Positions 1-15,500 of a stretch of 64,000 nucleotides of DNA are shown here, piece after piece. The notes beneath the pieces are model-generated. The model made no database searches and was not told the origin of the DNA. It saw only the letters and a program-made list of their open reading frames with translations. Numbering within the stretch: the first letter of the stretch is position 1; the number at the start of each line of letters is the position of its first letter. Location: contig JBDRNC010000008.1 in the NCBI GenBank assembly GCA_043811535.1, positions 1-64,000 on the forward strand, in the 5' to 3' direction. Made by a program: the position numbers and the translations under genes. Origin of the DNA: Elusimicrobiota bacterium (GTDB lineage Bacteria > Elusimicrobiota > Endomicrobiia > Endomicrobiales > JBDRNC01).

Positions 1-594
1 ATTGAACAATCCTATAAACAATTACACCACAAACCAGATGACGCTTTCCTTCTCGTGGGCGGGCGTTACGGACCTGCCCGCCGGCGTCACTACATATACT
101 CTGCAGATTTCCACGGCATCGGATTTCTCAAAGATAAACTATTCGTCCACTACATACCTGACTTCCGCTTCGCTGAGTATCGCGCAGTCCTCTTACACGT
201 GGCGCGTCAATGTCATGGACAACGAGCTGAATTATACCACTTCTACGGCAAGGTATTCTTTAATCGTTGACACGACTCCGCCGACGGCCGTATCCACATT
301 GAACAATCCTATAAACAATTACACTACAAACCAGATGACGCTTTCTTTCTCGTGGGCGGGCGTCACGGACCTGCCCGCCGGCGTCACTACATATACTCTG
401 CAGATTTCCACGGCATCCGATTTCTCAAAGATAAACTATTCGTCCACTACGTATCTTACAACCGCAAGCATGAGTATCGCGCAGTCCTCTTACACGTGGC
501 GCGTCAATGTCATGGACAACGCGCTGAATTATACCACTTCTACGGCAAGGTATTCTTTAATCGTGGATACGACGCCTCCCCCGGAAATAACCAC
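1..594 (+). repeat. Near-identical 297-bp tandem coding repeat (99 aa)
   Basis: 1-297 and 298-594 both begin ATTGAACAATCCTATAAACAATTAC and differ only at scattered positions over most of their length. More diverged copies follow to about 1165. Confidence 0.95.
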
Positions 595-3500
595 GCTCAG
601 CAGCCCTGCCGATAACTATACCACAAGCCATATGACATTGAGTTTCTCGTGGACGGGCGTTTCCGACCTGCCCGCGGGCGTCACTACATATACTCTCCAA
701 TTATCCACGGCGTCGGATTTCTCAAAGATTAACTATTCGTCCACTACGTACCTGACATCGGCAGCCGTGACTATCGCGCAATCGTCATACACGTGGCGCG
801 TCAATGTCATGGACAGGGCGCTGAACTACACAAACTCCGCGGCCAGGTGGACGGTGATCGTTGACACAACGCCGCCGCCGCAGGTATCAGTTTTTACCGG
901 CCCCGCCGACAACTTCATAACCAGGAACACAACACATACATATTCCTGGACGGGAGTCACGGACGGCCTTTCAGGAACCAAAAACTACATACTTCAGCTG
1001 TCAACCGCCCAGGATTTCAGCAAGATCAACTTCAGTTCGTCAACACTGCTGACAACGGCGACACTTGACACGAACCACGCGTATTATAAATGGCGCGTTT
1101 TAACGTATGATATTTCCCTGAATGTTTCAACATCATCTTTATCCTACAGCCTGCTCGTTGACACGATAGCTCCGGAGATCACAAGTTATGAAACGGGAGA
1201 CGACACCTGGCAAAAGGCGCTGGGAGAAACTTACGACGTGCGCTTCTACGACCAGGGCTACGCACAGTCAAAACTGGACGTCATTCAGTACAGAATTGAA
1301 ACCGCAACCGGATATCCCGCTCTGGACTGGCAGAATATCACGGTGCCGCCGGCTAATCAGTATTCTTATACGACGCCGTGGCAGGTGATATTCTCCAAGC
1401 TGGTGGAACAAGTCACGAATTACGTTTACGTCAGGGCGTGGGATATAGCCGGTTCTACAACCGCTCCGGCGCAGCCCGTCTTCTACATCAAGAAGGACGA
1501 GACGAACCCGTATCTGGTAGATAACCAGTTCGGGGACAATACCTGGCGGTGGAAACAGGGGACAACATATTCAATTGAATTCTACGATAAAGGCGGTTCA
1601 GGTCTGGATCACGTCAATTACAGGGCATCGCACTACATAGGCGATACACTGCAGAACCTATTATTCGATTGGAGGCCGCTGCTTACATCGCTTAACGGAA
1701 CCACTTTTTACGCGCAGCCATGGCAGGTACCCGATTTCGGAGATTTGAAAGAAGGGAAAAACCTTATCGCGGTGGCGCTGTACGACAGGGCGGGCAACAC
1801 CCTGACACATGACTCCTATCCGGAGCCGTTCTATATCCTGAAAGACACGACTCCTCCGCAGGCGCATTCTCACCAGTCCGGGGATACCAACTGGAGAACG
1901 TCAAATAACGGGACATATGACGTCGATTTCCAGGACGCGGCAAGCGGCTCGGGAGTGAGTTCGTTCGAGGTGATCGTTTCAACCAGCCAAAGCATGCAGC
2001 CGCCTTATTTGTGCCCGTGGACGAAAGTCGCCGACATCAACTCATACGATTATCAGGAGGATTGGCAGCTGCCCGCTTCCGCATGGGAAGCTATCCCGTC
2101 CGGGAACCAGAACAATTACGTGTCGGTCCGCGCCTACGATTTTGCGGGAAACACCTCGGCGGTCCTGACGGACGCGTTTTACGTCAAAAAAGACACAGCC
2201 CCGCCGGAACCTGACAACCAGCAAACCGGCGACGACGAGTGGCAGAACCTCGGCGGCAATACATACAGCTATTTCTTCACCGATGACGAATCCCTGCTTG
2301 ACAGCGCTCAGTACATTGTGCGCAATGGCCCGAACATAACGGATGCCGCCTGGGCGCCCGGCTGGGTGAACATCTTTACCTCGACTAATGTCGCCTCTTA
2401 TTCGCAGGCGTGGCAGGTGGATTTCAACAACCTTTGGACTGGAACGAATTACGTCTTCGTGCGTTTCTGGGATATCGCCGGCTCCACGGCCGCACCGTCC
2501 TCGCCGGCGTTTTACGTGAAAAAAGACAAAATAGAACCGACGATCTCCAACAAAGTGACCGGCGATTTTGACTGGAGAAACTCAAGCGGCACAAAATACG
2601 ATATTGATTTCCTGGACGCGTATTCCGGCGTATGGAAAGCGGATTATCTTGTCAAGGACCCGCAGGGAAACGTAAAAGTGGATTGGACAAACATCTTTAC
2701 TTCCGCGGGAACCCCGGAATACAACACGGACTGGGCGCTTAATAAAGAGGATTTTGAACAGCTCCTTGACGGAACGACGAATTTCGCGTACGTGCGGAGC
2801 TATGATATAGCCGGGAACCTGAGCCAGCCTTCCAACTCGATGTTTTTCATCCTGAAAGACACGGACCCGCCTTCCATGCAGGTTAATGGGATCACGTATT
2901 TTCAGGGAGTTGAGAACTGGGGCGCGAAACACAATACCGATTTCTATGAAACGCGCGCGGAGGGCCGGGTCCCGGGATACTCGGGCCTGAAAAACGCCCA
3001 GTACACGATTTGGACGGCGACATGGCCGGCAAGCGGCAATGAAGCCGACCACGAAGGCCAGCAGAGAAAAACCTGGACAAATATTCTCGGGCTCACGCAA
3101 GGAGCGACGTATTACACCGCTGACTGGGCCATCGACTTTACAACACTGCCCGATCTGGTGACTTGCTACGTGTCGGTCAGGGTTAACGACATGGCCGGGA
3201 ACACATCAAGTTACTTCGACGCTTACAAGGTTTTAAGGACCACTTCCGTGGTGCTGATAATCTACGACTATCAGGAAGGGGATTTCGCGTGGCTGAACTC
3301 GTCCGGCTCTTTGTTGAGCAAATATTTCAACGTAGATTTTGAATCCAGCTCCGGGCAGTACATCTCCAGCGCCACGGTTCAGATATGGGACGACATCCTC
3401 CAATCCGGAACAATGCTTTCGGATTGGACAACCGTTGTTTCGACCCAGGACCCTATTTTTTACTTCTCGGACGACTGGAGAGTCGCGCCCACATCATGGA

Positions 3501-6500
3501 CAGGGCTTTCAATTGATTACCTGTGGGGCCTGATGCGGGAGGGAACGAACTACATTTCGGTAAGAGCTTACGACGTGGCGGGGAATACGCTGACCCTGCA
3601 GGATGTCTTCTACGTAAGGAAAGATACGACCGTGCCCGTCATACAGAATTACATGTCGGGCGGAGACCTGAACTGGAGGAATTCCAGCGGAACGGTCTAT
3701 AACGTTTATTTCAACGACCTCATGGCAGGGCTTGCTACGGCGCAATATACCATCCATTACTCTACCGGACAAGAGGGCGAAGAAGCGGCTCCCTGGACTA
3801 ATATCTTCGCCTCGTCTATGACAGGCAAAACATTTACCACCAGTTGGGCCGTAACCGAACAGATCTGGAATAATATCAAAGAGGGCGCGACCGCGTATGT
3901 CAGCGCCCGCGTGTACGATCTTCCCGGCAACGCGACGGAAATAAATGACGTATTCTTCATACTGAAAGACACCACGCCTCCGGGAGACCCGTCAAATACG
4001 TCCCCGGGCGATAAAACATTCAGCAACCAGCTGTCAACGGCATTCTTGTGGACGGTTCCGTCCGACTCCGCGAGCAGGGTAAAACAATATGAACTCAATG
4101 TAGCGACGTCTTCCGACTTCGGCGCTATAGCGTTCAGCTCGGTAACGGCCCTTGCCCAGTCAACGCTCCTGCTGAACCAAAGCACCTATTACTGGCGCGT
4201 GAAAGCGGTTGACAACGCTTCGAACGCTTCGCAATTTTCCGATTATTACTCATTTATTGCCGACACGGCCCCGCCTTCCGCGCCGTCGCTGTCTTCTCCT
4301 TCGGATAACTACACGACAAACCAGATGCAGCTTACTTTCAGCTGGACTCCTGTTTCTGATTCTCCGTCAGGCCTGAACGGTTATGACCTTTATATTTCCA
4401 CCGCTTCGGACTTTTCCGTCTGGACATCTTCTGCTTTTATTTCGGTTCCGTCTTCCGTCTTCCAACTTCCGTCTGGAATTTATTTCTGGCGCACGCGCGC
4501 GCGGGATTTCGCCGCTAACGCCTCGCAATATTCCGCGTACTACACCGTCACCGTAGATACATTCGGCCCGGTAATAAACGATTACCAGCCGGGAGACGAC
4601 AGTTGGAGAAACGCCCTCGGTACTTCATACAACGTTGATTTCATTGACAGGCAGTCCAAACTGAAAGCCATTGAATACGCCGTCTGGACGACTTCGGACC
4701 AGGCGGGAGATCCCGTCAAGGACTGGTTCCCTATATCCGGCGTCGACGGATTGAGCGAGTACACGGACAACTGGCAAATAAGCTATTCCGCCCTGATAGA
4801 GGGAGTTTCAAATTACGTATCCGTCCGCGCGTGGGATAACCTGCTGCAGTACACGACGTCCTGGAACGTATTTCATGTTTTAAAAGACGAAACGCCGCCG
4901 TCAGTCAACAACCAGGAACTGGGAGGGGACACGAACTGGCGTAACTCCTCCGGCACCGTCTATAACGTGTCCTTCAACGACACGGGCGGGTCAAAACTCT
5001 CATACTTTCAGGTGCGCATCGCGACCGGAACCGGCGGCTCGGGAATAATCATACAGGACTGGGCGTCAAAAGTTTCCGGCATTGATTCCAACTCTTACGA
5101 CACTCCGTGGAGCATCGCTTCAAGCGTGTGGAATTCCATGCGCGAAGGAAGGAACTGGATATCCGTCCGCGCCTACGACAACGCGACAAACCTTTACACG
5201 TACCCCGACGCCTTCTTCATCGCGAAAGATACCACTCCTCTTGTCATAACCAATACACAGCAGGGGGAGAACTACTGGCGTTCAATAAACAACGGTTCCT
5301 ACAGCGTCAGTTTCAATGACGCCGTTTCGGGTTCCGGTGTCATGAAATTTGAAGTAAAGGCATCCACCGTTTACGGTTCTTCGGGGCCGGACCTGACGTC
5401 ATGGACGCTCGTTTTAAACACTTCCACGTATTCCTACTCGCAGAAATGGAACCTGCCCGGCGCGGCCTGGGACGCGATGCTGTCGGGAGCCACGAATTAT
5501 GTTTCCGTGCAAGCCTATGACTACGCTTCAACGACAACACTGACCTCGGCGTTCTACGTGCTGAAAGACACTCTGCCTCCCGTCATAGAATCATACCAGG
5601 GCGGAGACGATACGTGGAGAAAACAAAACGACGGGACATATTCCTTCTATTTCCTTGACACGGGCGGCTCCAAGCTGAACAAGTTCCAGGTCAGGGCGTC
5701 CACAAAAGGCTACGGCGAGTCCCCGTTCGCGCTTGACTGGACGGACAGCGGCACCGGATTTTCCGACACGACAAGCTACACGGACGCTTTCCTGCTTCTG
5801 GGTTCGCATTTTACCCTGCTGCTGCCCGGCACGAACTACATCTCCCTCAGGGTCCTTGACCAGGCCGGTTCCACCACCACGCTGGCTTCGGCGTTCTATA
5901 TTCTGAAAGACACCCAGCCGCCTTCCGGAACCGCTGCCGCTCCGCTCAGCTCCGGGGACCATACTTTTGACGTGACCCAGAATTCATCGGACGAGGGCTA
6001 TTCCGGCATTCAATACGTCAAGCTTTACTGGGCTGACGAGACCTCGCAGCCATATGACTGGGCGCAATACGGCGGCACTTACAGCGGAGGCCAGATTTCT
6101 TTCACCGCCCCGGCGGACGGCACGTACGGATTCAGGATAGTCGCCTTTGACAACGCGATGAATACCGACGAGAGCGATCCGCCTCCGGCATCGTCCACCC
6201 CGGAATCTTCCACTGTCGTTGACACGGCCGGCCCGGACATCGTGAAGAACATGTCCGGCGACGACGTCTGGCGCAGCACGGACATACCCGGAGGATACAG
6301 CATCGCTTTCAACGACGCAGGTTCCCTGCTTGACAGCGCCCAGTACGCGGTATACTCCGGCGCGGATTACGGGCTCCCTCTCATCAAGGACTGGACAAAC
6401 ATCTTTACGTCGACTATAGTCGCTTCCTATAACGAGAACTGGCCGATAGATTTTGAAACCTGCAAGACAAGCTTCAACTGGGTCAGCGTAAGGGCATGGG

Positions 6501-9500
6501 ATGTTTCGGGCACGACTACAACACTTAAGGACGCGTTTTACGTAAAAAAAGACACCACGCCGCCCGATATCGTCCAGACACAGCAGGGCGACACGACATG
6601 GAGAAAAACGCTTGGCACGGTTTACGATATTGATTTCAACGATTACTTCTCGTTGGTATCATACTTCCAGTACATGGCATCCACATCGCCCGCCGGGGCG
6701 GGAAATCCCGTCATTTCCTGGACCACGCTGACAAGCGGTATTTCGTCAACCACTTACAGCGCCGACTGGCAGGTGGACTTTGACGCGCTCCGCGAGAACG
6801 CGACAAATTATATTTCCGTCAAGGTCTTTGATTACGCGGGGAATTTCAAGGTTTACGACGATGTCTTCTTCGTGCTGAAAGATACGACCCCGCCGACATT
6901 CGTAAAGACCCAGACGGGCGACAATACCTGGCGCGACGCGCCTCCGGCGCAGAAATACGACGTGGATTTCAAAGACACGGGCGGCTCAAAACTCCAGGCG
7001 GTCCAGTACACGGTATGGAGTTCCACGGGAAGAACGGGCGGATCCGAACTCGTGGGCTGGACGAATATTGAGGTGAATATTTCCAGCGACGGGTATGACG
7101 CAAACTGGGACGTTGATTTCGCTAACCTGGTTGACGGCGCGACCAACTATGTCTCCGTGAGAGCCTGGGACATGGCCGGCAGCACGGCAACGCTTAACGA
7201 CGTCTTCTACATCCGGAAGGACGATGCCGGGCCGACGATTAAAAACTGGCAGAGCGGCGACACGCAATGGCGGAAGACAAACAGCGGATTTTACAACGTT
7301 GACCTTGAAGACAACGCTTCCGGCGCCGATTACCTTCAGACCGAAGTAAACACGCAGCAAAACCGCGGCGGAACGCAGATAGAGGAGTGGACGACGAATC
7401 TTCCCGGCATAAACCAGAACCTGTATGAAGAGAACTGGAAGATACTGGACGCGACTTTTGAAAAACTCGCGCAGGGGGACAACTGGATTTCACTCAGGGC
7501 TTTTGACGTCACAGGTAATTCGTCTACTGTCACGGACGCCTTTTATATCAAGAAGGACACCGACTACCCGGAAATATACGATTATCAGGACGATGACACT
7601 ATCTGGAGAAGTTCCGCCGCGCTTGAAGGATACAACGTTGATTTCTATGACTACGTATCATTACTTTCCAACGCCCAGTATTCGGTATGGACGTCTTCCA
7701 ACGAACAGGGAACGCCCGTCCTGGGATGGACCGACATACAGTCCGGCATTAACGCGGAAAGCTTCGAGTCAAACTGGCAGCTGGATTTTCCGCTGCTCGC
7801 GCAGGGCACAAACTATATTTCGGTGCAAGCCGCTGATATGGCCGGCAACACAAGCCCGGTCATGAAAGACGTATTCTTCGTGCGAAAAGATACCGAGGCC
7901 CCGCAGCAGTTGACGGACCTGGCTTTGACGAGCGGAGGCGGCACTCCCGAAGGTAATATCATACTCAGCTGGACATCCCCGGGAGACAACGGCTTCTCCG
8001 GCCTTGCCTCCGCGTATTTGTCGCGCTATTCCGAATCCGCAATAGCTAACGAGACCGACTGGGAGAACGCCTCCCGATTCGGCAACGACTGGATACCGGC
8101 GCCCCCGGGACAGAATGAGAACACTCATTCAATCACAGGCCTGGACACGACAAAAACATACTATATCGCCGTCAGGGCGGTTGACAAGGCGGGCAACCTT
8201 TCCGTCTCATGGAATTCACCCGGGCCCACGGCTCCGGGACCCGACGTGACCAAACCCGCGACGATCACCACCCTTTTCGCCGAGCCAGGCGGATTTGTCG
8301 GAGAGATACGGCTCACGTGGACCGCGGTGGGCGACAACGACAAAACCGGAACCGCAGCGAGTTACGTGCTGAAACACTCGGCAAACCCGATACAAAACCT
8401 TACGGACTGGAGCAACGCGACGGAATTTTCGCAAGGCTGGCAGCCCATGGCTCCGGGAGGATTTGAAGATAAAACGCTTCAGGGGCTGACGGCCGGCAAC
8501 ACGTATCATTTCGCCATCATCGCCAAAGACGAAGCGGATAACGCCTCGGAACTGTCAAACAGCACTTCCACGATAGCCCAGAGTTCGTTCTCGCGGGACG
8601 GCATGGCCGTGTGGGGAACGAACACAAGTCCGAGCGATTCCCCGAGATTCAACATGTGGACTCCTCCAAACTGGGGCGCTCAAAACAAGACCGCCAATTC
8701 CGCGGCCGCGACTATAAGATGGATGCGGCTCGCGTCCTGCCCTGTCTTCAAGGATGAAAAATTAATGGGCATCTTCACTTATGACGGGGCCGCGGAACCA
8801 GCCGCGGATTTCTACCTCCAAAAATGGGACGGACTGAACAGCACGTGGACCTCAAATTCGCCGTTCGGCCGTCAGAATACGGTCTTGAGCACTCTTTACT
8901 CGGCTTACCGCGGGTTTGATATCGCTTACGAACAGAACTCCGGACGCGCGCTCGTAGCGTACTGGAACGGGACAGGCGGGAACATCTCCTACAAGGTATG
9001 GAGTTCAACAGCGGCCGCCGTCATTCAGACCGGAACGCTCGCGCTTACCGGCACCGCAGGGAACGTCTACTGGGTCAGGCTTGAACCGCTGCCAGGAACC
9101 GATAAAATAATGCTCGCCACGATGGACTCCAATTCAGATATTTTTGCCGCCGTGTGGGACAGCACGAATTCCTGGGTCACGACGAGCAAGAGCACGATGA
9201 CACTCGCCTCTTCCATCGCGACCGAGGAATGTTTTGACATCGCGTGGGAACAGCAGTCCCAAAGGGGAGTTATCGTTTTCGGGGATTCCGGCGGCATCGA
9301 ATATAACATTTGGTCATCCACGGCGGGCAAGTGGCTCGCGGTAAACGCCCCTCTGACCGGACCCAGTATAGGCGGAGCGGTGCCCAACTGGCTCAAGATC
9401 AAGAGCGATCCCACGTCCAACAGGATTGGCCTTACAAGCATAGACGGCTCAACCGACTGGAACGTTTCAATATGGAACGGTTCCACGTGGAGCGCGCCGC

Positions 9501-12500
9501 CCGCGGAAGACGGAAAGATGGAAACCAACGCGGCCAGGTGCTCCGATATAGCGTGGGAAAAGGATTCCGGCAGGTGCATCGTCGTCGGCGTGCGTACAAA
9601 CGTGACCAGTTTCGAATACCTGGGATGGACGCCAAGCAACGGATGGATAAATCCTTCCGATAATTCCGCCGCGACGCCGAATACCGCGCCCACGGATTCA
9701 TACTCTTTCAGCGGGCAGATATCCTGGCTGACTCTCGTATCAGACCCGAACACAAACAAGATCATGCTTATGGGTCTTGACCAGTCCGCCGCCATTCACT
9801 CAAGGGTATGGAGCATAAGCAGCTGGTCAACCGGAAAACAGCATGAAGCGAATCCGTCGGCAGGCTCAAGCTATGAATGCTACGCCTTTGAATTCAACAA
9901 GCAGGATATTCAGCCGCCCGTGGTAACGAATAACCAGTCCGGCGACGATAACTGGCGCGCTTCCAACACGGCAAGCTACGCCGTCAATTTCGGCGACCAG
10001 GGCGGGTCGCACCTTTCGCATTACCAGCTCAAGATAACGACAGGGCCGAATTACAGCGGCAAATTGATACTTGACTGGACTACCCAGCCAACCGCCCTCT
10101 ACCCGCTGGATTCCTATGATTCCAGCTGGCAGATAACGAACAGCACTTTCAGCGCCCTTGACGAAGGCAAGAATTATGTTTCCGTGAAATTGTATGACTT
10201 CGCGAGGAACTCAAAAGAAGAAACCGACGTCTTTTACATCAGAAAAGACACGACCGCCCCCACTGTTCCCGCGTTGAGCCAGCCGCCCGATAAATCAATA
10301 ACCTCAAACGCAAACGTCAATTTTGGGTGGAGCGGCTCTGTTGACTATTTCTCGGGCGTCGCGGGATACGACTTATACATTTCTACCGATGAGTATTTCG
10401 GCGTCTGGAAGTCTTCCGCCTTTGCCTCTGTTCCGTCTTCCGTCATCCAACTTCCGTCTGATATTTATTACTGGCGCGTCAAAGCCCGAGATAACATCAG
10501 CAACTACAGCAGTTTTTCGTCAACTTTCGCGGTAATCGTAGACACCATGCCTCCCGTGATAACAAATCCGCTCTCAAGCGGCGACACTACATGGCGAAGC
10601 TCGACCGTTCTCTATAACGTTGATTTCGCCGACGAGGGGAAATCGCTGCTTGACACCGCGCAGTATTCCGCGTGGTCTTCCACGGGAGGCGGCGGCAGCC
10701 AGCTCATCGGCTGGACCAATATATTCGCGTCAACCAAGGTGGCTTCGTACACCGACGATTGGCAGATCAATATCGGCCTGCTATCCAACGGCACTAATTA
10801 CATTTCCGTAAGAGCCTGGGACGTCGCGGGCACGACAACCTCTGTAACGGACGCTTTCTTCGTCAGGAAAGACACCGTTCAGCCCACAATGCAGAACAAG
10901 CAGTCGGGCGATACAACATGGAGGAATTCAAGCGGAACTGTCTACAACGTCGAATTCTTTGATTCGGGCGGCTCGCTTCTGGACAAAGTCCAGTACACCG
11001 CCTATTCAAGCACCGGCATGGAAGGGACTCCGGTAATCCCGTGGACAAGCATCGCGGTCAACATATCGTCGGCAGGATTCACGAATTACTGGGAAGTGGA
11101 ATTTTCTTCACTGGCGGCCGGGATAAATCAGATATCAGTCCGCGCGATTGACTATGCCGGTTCCAGCGCGACGCTGACCGACGCCTTCTACATCAAGAAA
11201 GATACCCAGCCGCCGACGCACACAAACTATATCTCCGGAGGCGATTCCAACTGGCGCGGCGCGCAGGGAACATTGTATAACGTCACATACGAGGACGGAG
11301 GCGGCTCGCTGCTGTCGTACTTCCAGGTAAAGGCAAGCACCGTAGATTCAGGAACGGGCAATGACCTCATCACATGGACCAATGTCGCGGCTAATATCGA
11401 CACCTTCACCTACACTTCCGCGTGGCAGATTCCGGACAATGTCTGGTACGCGCTGATGCCTGATGTTACGAACTATATCTCTATCAAGATCGCCGATTAC
11501 GCAGGCAACTCCACCGCGACCATCAATTCATTCTTCATTTTAAAGGATACGTTCTCTCCGTCCATAGAAGATTTTCAGGCCGACGACTTAACATGGCACG
11601 GCTCTTCCGGAACGCTTTATAACGTGAACTTCTATGACACCGGCGGTTCCAAGCTGAACCGCATACAGTACACGGTCTGGAGCGACACGTCCCAGCTCGC
11701 CGTCCAGCATATCCCGTGGACGGACATATCTCCCGCGCTCCCCGGCGGAACGACATTCTACATAACCGCCTGGGACCCGACGTTCGCGCTCATGGCTAAC
11801 GGCACAAACTATGTTTCCGTAAGAACGTGGGACGGCGCGGGTTCAACCGTCACGCTGAATAACGCTTTCTCCGTGTGGAAAGACTCCCAGGCGCCTTCAA
11901 TTCAGAACAACCAGACGGGAGACACTTCGTGGCGCAACGCCGCCGGCACGCTTTACAGCGTGTATTTCAACGACGCGGGAGGGTCGCTTCTTCACACGTT
12001 CCAGGTCAAGGCGAGCACGATGACAAGCGGAAGCCCGGCGCTCAGCGACTGGACGAATGTCGCGCAGAACATCCTGAACAATTCCTATAACTCCAACTGG
12101 AGCCTGCCCGCGGCTGTTTTCAACTCGCTTTTGCCAGAGGTCACCAACTATATCTTTGTCAGGGTCTGGGACGTGGCGGGGAGCACGGTGACTACTTCCA
12201 CGCAGTACGCGTTTTACGTTAAAAAGGACACGATACCGCCGGTAGTCGTAGATAACCAGACGGGAGACGATACATGGTACTCGACGGACCAGTCAAAACT
12301 CTACGACGTCAACTTCTTTGATACGGGCGGTTCCAAGATAAATAACATACAGTACCAGATAAAGTCTTCCACGGGCGGCGTTATGCTTGACTGGTCAACC
12401 GTCGCCCTTTCGGTGAACGCGACATATTACATTAACGACTGGGGCGTCACTTTCAGCGCGCTCGTTCCGGGATACAACTATATCTCCGTGAAGGTAAGCG

Positions 12501-15500
12501 ACCTTGCCGGGAACACTTCCACATACTCCGACGTGTTCTACGTCAAGAAAGACACGACGGTACCGCAGATATCCATCGGCTCGGGGCTGCAAAACGGGGA
12601 CCTCGCGTGGCGCAGCGGAGGGGGAACTTTATACGACGTCAATTTCTACGCGCAGGGAACATCAAATATTGACACGATGCAGTACTGCGTCCACGCGGCG
12701 CCGAACTACGGCAATCCCCAAAAAATAGGCTGGACGAATATCGGAGGGACGCCGCCGCTTAACATCGCGTCTTATGAAACGGACTGGACCATTAACAATT
12801 TCGCGGCGCTCCAGGAAGGCGGGACGAATTACGTTTCCGTCAGGGCGTGGAACATCACCGGTTCTACCTATACTTACACCGACGCGTTCAGGGTATTCAA
12901 AGATAATACGGTTCCCGCCATAATCGACCCCGTGCCCGGCGACGACACGTCATGGCGCTCCGCAAACGACGCTTATCATAACGTCGATCTTACCGACTTG
13001 CCGATCGACGGCTCAAAGCTGTCATACCTGCAGGTAAAAGTAACATCGGGGCCGTTCCAGTCCGGAACGCTGTACCTGGACTGGACGCCGCAGCTTGCGT
13101 CGCTGAACACGACATCATACAATACCGACTGGAAACTTCTGGACAATACTTTTGATACCCTGCGCGAAGGCATCAACTACGTTTCAGGCAAGGCCTTTGA
13201 CGGCGCGCTGAACAACTACACACTGACTGATATATTCTTTGTCTTCAAGGATACCACGCCGCCTTCGGTCATATCCTATCAGCAAGGCAACACAACCTGG
13301 ACAAAAACTAACAACGGTTTTTACAACGTTGATTTATTTGACACGCCGGTTTCAAGCGGTTCAAAACTCTCCAAGTTCCAGGTAAGGGCGTCAACTGTCG
13401 CGGGAGGGAACGACCCGTGGACTACCTCATGGACCGACAATACCCTTTCCATCGGCGCGACGCATTATACCGCTAACTGGCAGCTTGTCCAGGGAGTATG
13501 GGACCTCCTGCCTTGCGGCACAAATTACATTTCAGTAAGGGCTTATGACGGAGCTTTGAATGTATCGACAATCTCCGTGGATTCGTTCTATATCCGCAAG
13601 GACACTATCCCGCCGCAGATAACGGACCTGCAGGACGAAACAACCGAGCCGTGGAGGATTTCAAATCCCGGAGCGGTATGGAACGTGGATTTCAAAGACA
13701 TTCATTCATATTTGGACACCGCGCAGTGGGCCGCCTTTACCGGTCCCGGCCAGGGCGGGAGCCAGGTCTCCGGATGGAACAGTATTTTCTTGGGATTGAA
13801 TTCGCTTGAATACGCTTCCGAATGGAACCTGGGCGACGCCGAGTGGAACCTTCTGCCGTGCGGGACAAGCTACATTTCCGTCATGGCCTGGGATATCGCG
13901 GGTTCCACGTCTTCCAAAAACGACGTCTTCGTCGTCAGAAAAGACACGGCCGGCCCCCAGATCATCAAGAACCAGTCCGGATATGACACCTGGCTCAGCG
14001 CAAACCCGGGCGCGATATGGAACGTTGATTTCAAGGATGAGTTGTCACAGCTCGCCAGCGCCTACTTCAAGCTGTCAACCGGGACTTATCTCGCGCAGGA
14101 ACTGACCGCGTGGACGACTATATTTTATTTCGTTCCCAACAATGTCCTGTATGAAACCAACTGGGGATTCTCCCAGAATGTCTGGAATCTGATTCCTGAA
14201 GGCACTTCCTACGTGACGCTCAACGCTTACGATAATCTCGGCAACCTCACGACCTATTACGACGTGTTCTATGTCCGGAAAGACACGACCGCTCCTACGG
14301 TCCAGAACCTCCAGGCGGATATTTACGCCGCGTCGCCGCAGGACCTCGGCGCTATAGACGTTGATTTCTATGACACGGGAAAATCCAAGCTTGATTACAT
14401 GCAGTACACGATAAGACCTACTACCGGCATACCCGCGCAATACATCATAGACTGGACAACGCTCCTGAGCGCTTTGAACGCGACTTATTACGAACAGGAT
14501 TGGAGCATTGAATCTAATTACACCGAACTGCCCAATGAAACGACCTCGTATCTGTCGCTGAAAGTCATAGACGGAGCCGGCAACACGACTACATACGCCG
14601 ACGCTTTCGCGATATTCAAGCGCGCGGAGGGACCCACGATAACCAACAACATCCAGGGCGGCGACGTCAACTGGAGAAGCTCTTTATCCGCCGTGCTTTA
14701 CAATGTTGACTTCCAGTCAAATTCCGGCTTCGATCTGGACAGGTTTGAGATAAAGATATGTTCGGGTACCGGACAGCCCGCGGACAAGACGATCTTTAAC
14801 TGGTTCGTGAAACAGGCGAATATAAACAGCGCCTCCTATACGGATAACTGGTCTATCGCGCAATCCACCTTCGCGGCTCTGCCGCAGGGATATAACTACG
14901 TTTCGATAAGGGTTTACGACAAGGGAGGGTTGTCAACATCCCTTTCGGACGTATTCTTCATAAAGAAAGACACGGCGCTTCCCGTCATAGAAAACCTGCA
15001 GCCAAACGCGACTATTTACACCGTGTCGCCGCTTGGCTGCGACGTCAACTTCTATGATTACGGCATAGGAGTAGCGACGGCCCAGTACATCGCTTCTACT
15101 TCTTCTACAAACCCGCTCGGAACCGCCCTTACCGGATGGACGGATATTTTCCACGGCGCGGCTCAACCGGGTTACACCGCCGATTGGACCGTTTCAAACT
15201 GGAGCCAGCTTGTTGAATGGACGACAAACTATATTTCCGTGCGCGCTTTTGACGGTCTGAATCAGCTGACAACATCTTTCGCGGCCTTCTCCGTCTGGAA
15301 AGACACAACGGCTCCCTCAGTGCCGTCGCTTACCGACCCGCCCGACCAAGCTATGCTTTCATACTCCAACGTAACTTTCAATTGGGGATCCTCTACCGAT
15401 CTTCGTTCAGGGGTCTTCGGATATGACCTCTATATTTCAACAGACCAGAACTTTGCGGTTTGGACTTCCTCCGCTTTTGTCTCTCTTCCAACTTCCGACT

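Noticed and set aside
2..4. TTG at position 2 as the start of the giant protein
   Set aside because: It falls mid-repeat at the window edge with no signal peptide; the gene begins upstream.
1..594. DGR template/variable repeat pair
   Set aside because: The copies are adjacent in-frame coding repeats, differences are not adenine-specific, and there is no reverse transcriptase in the window.
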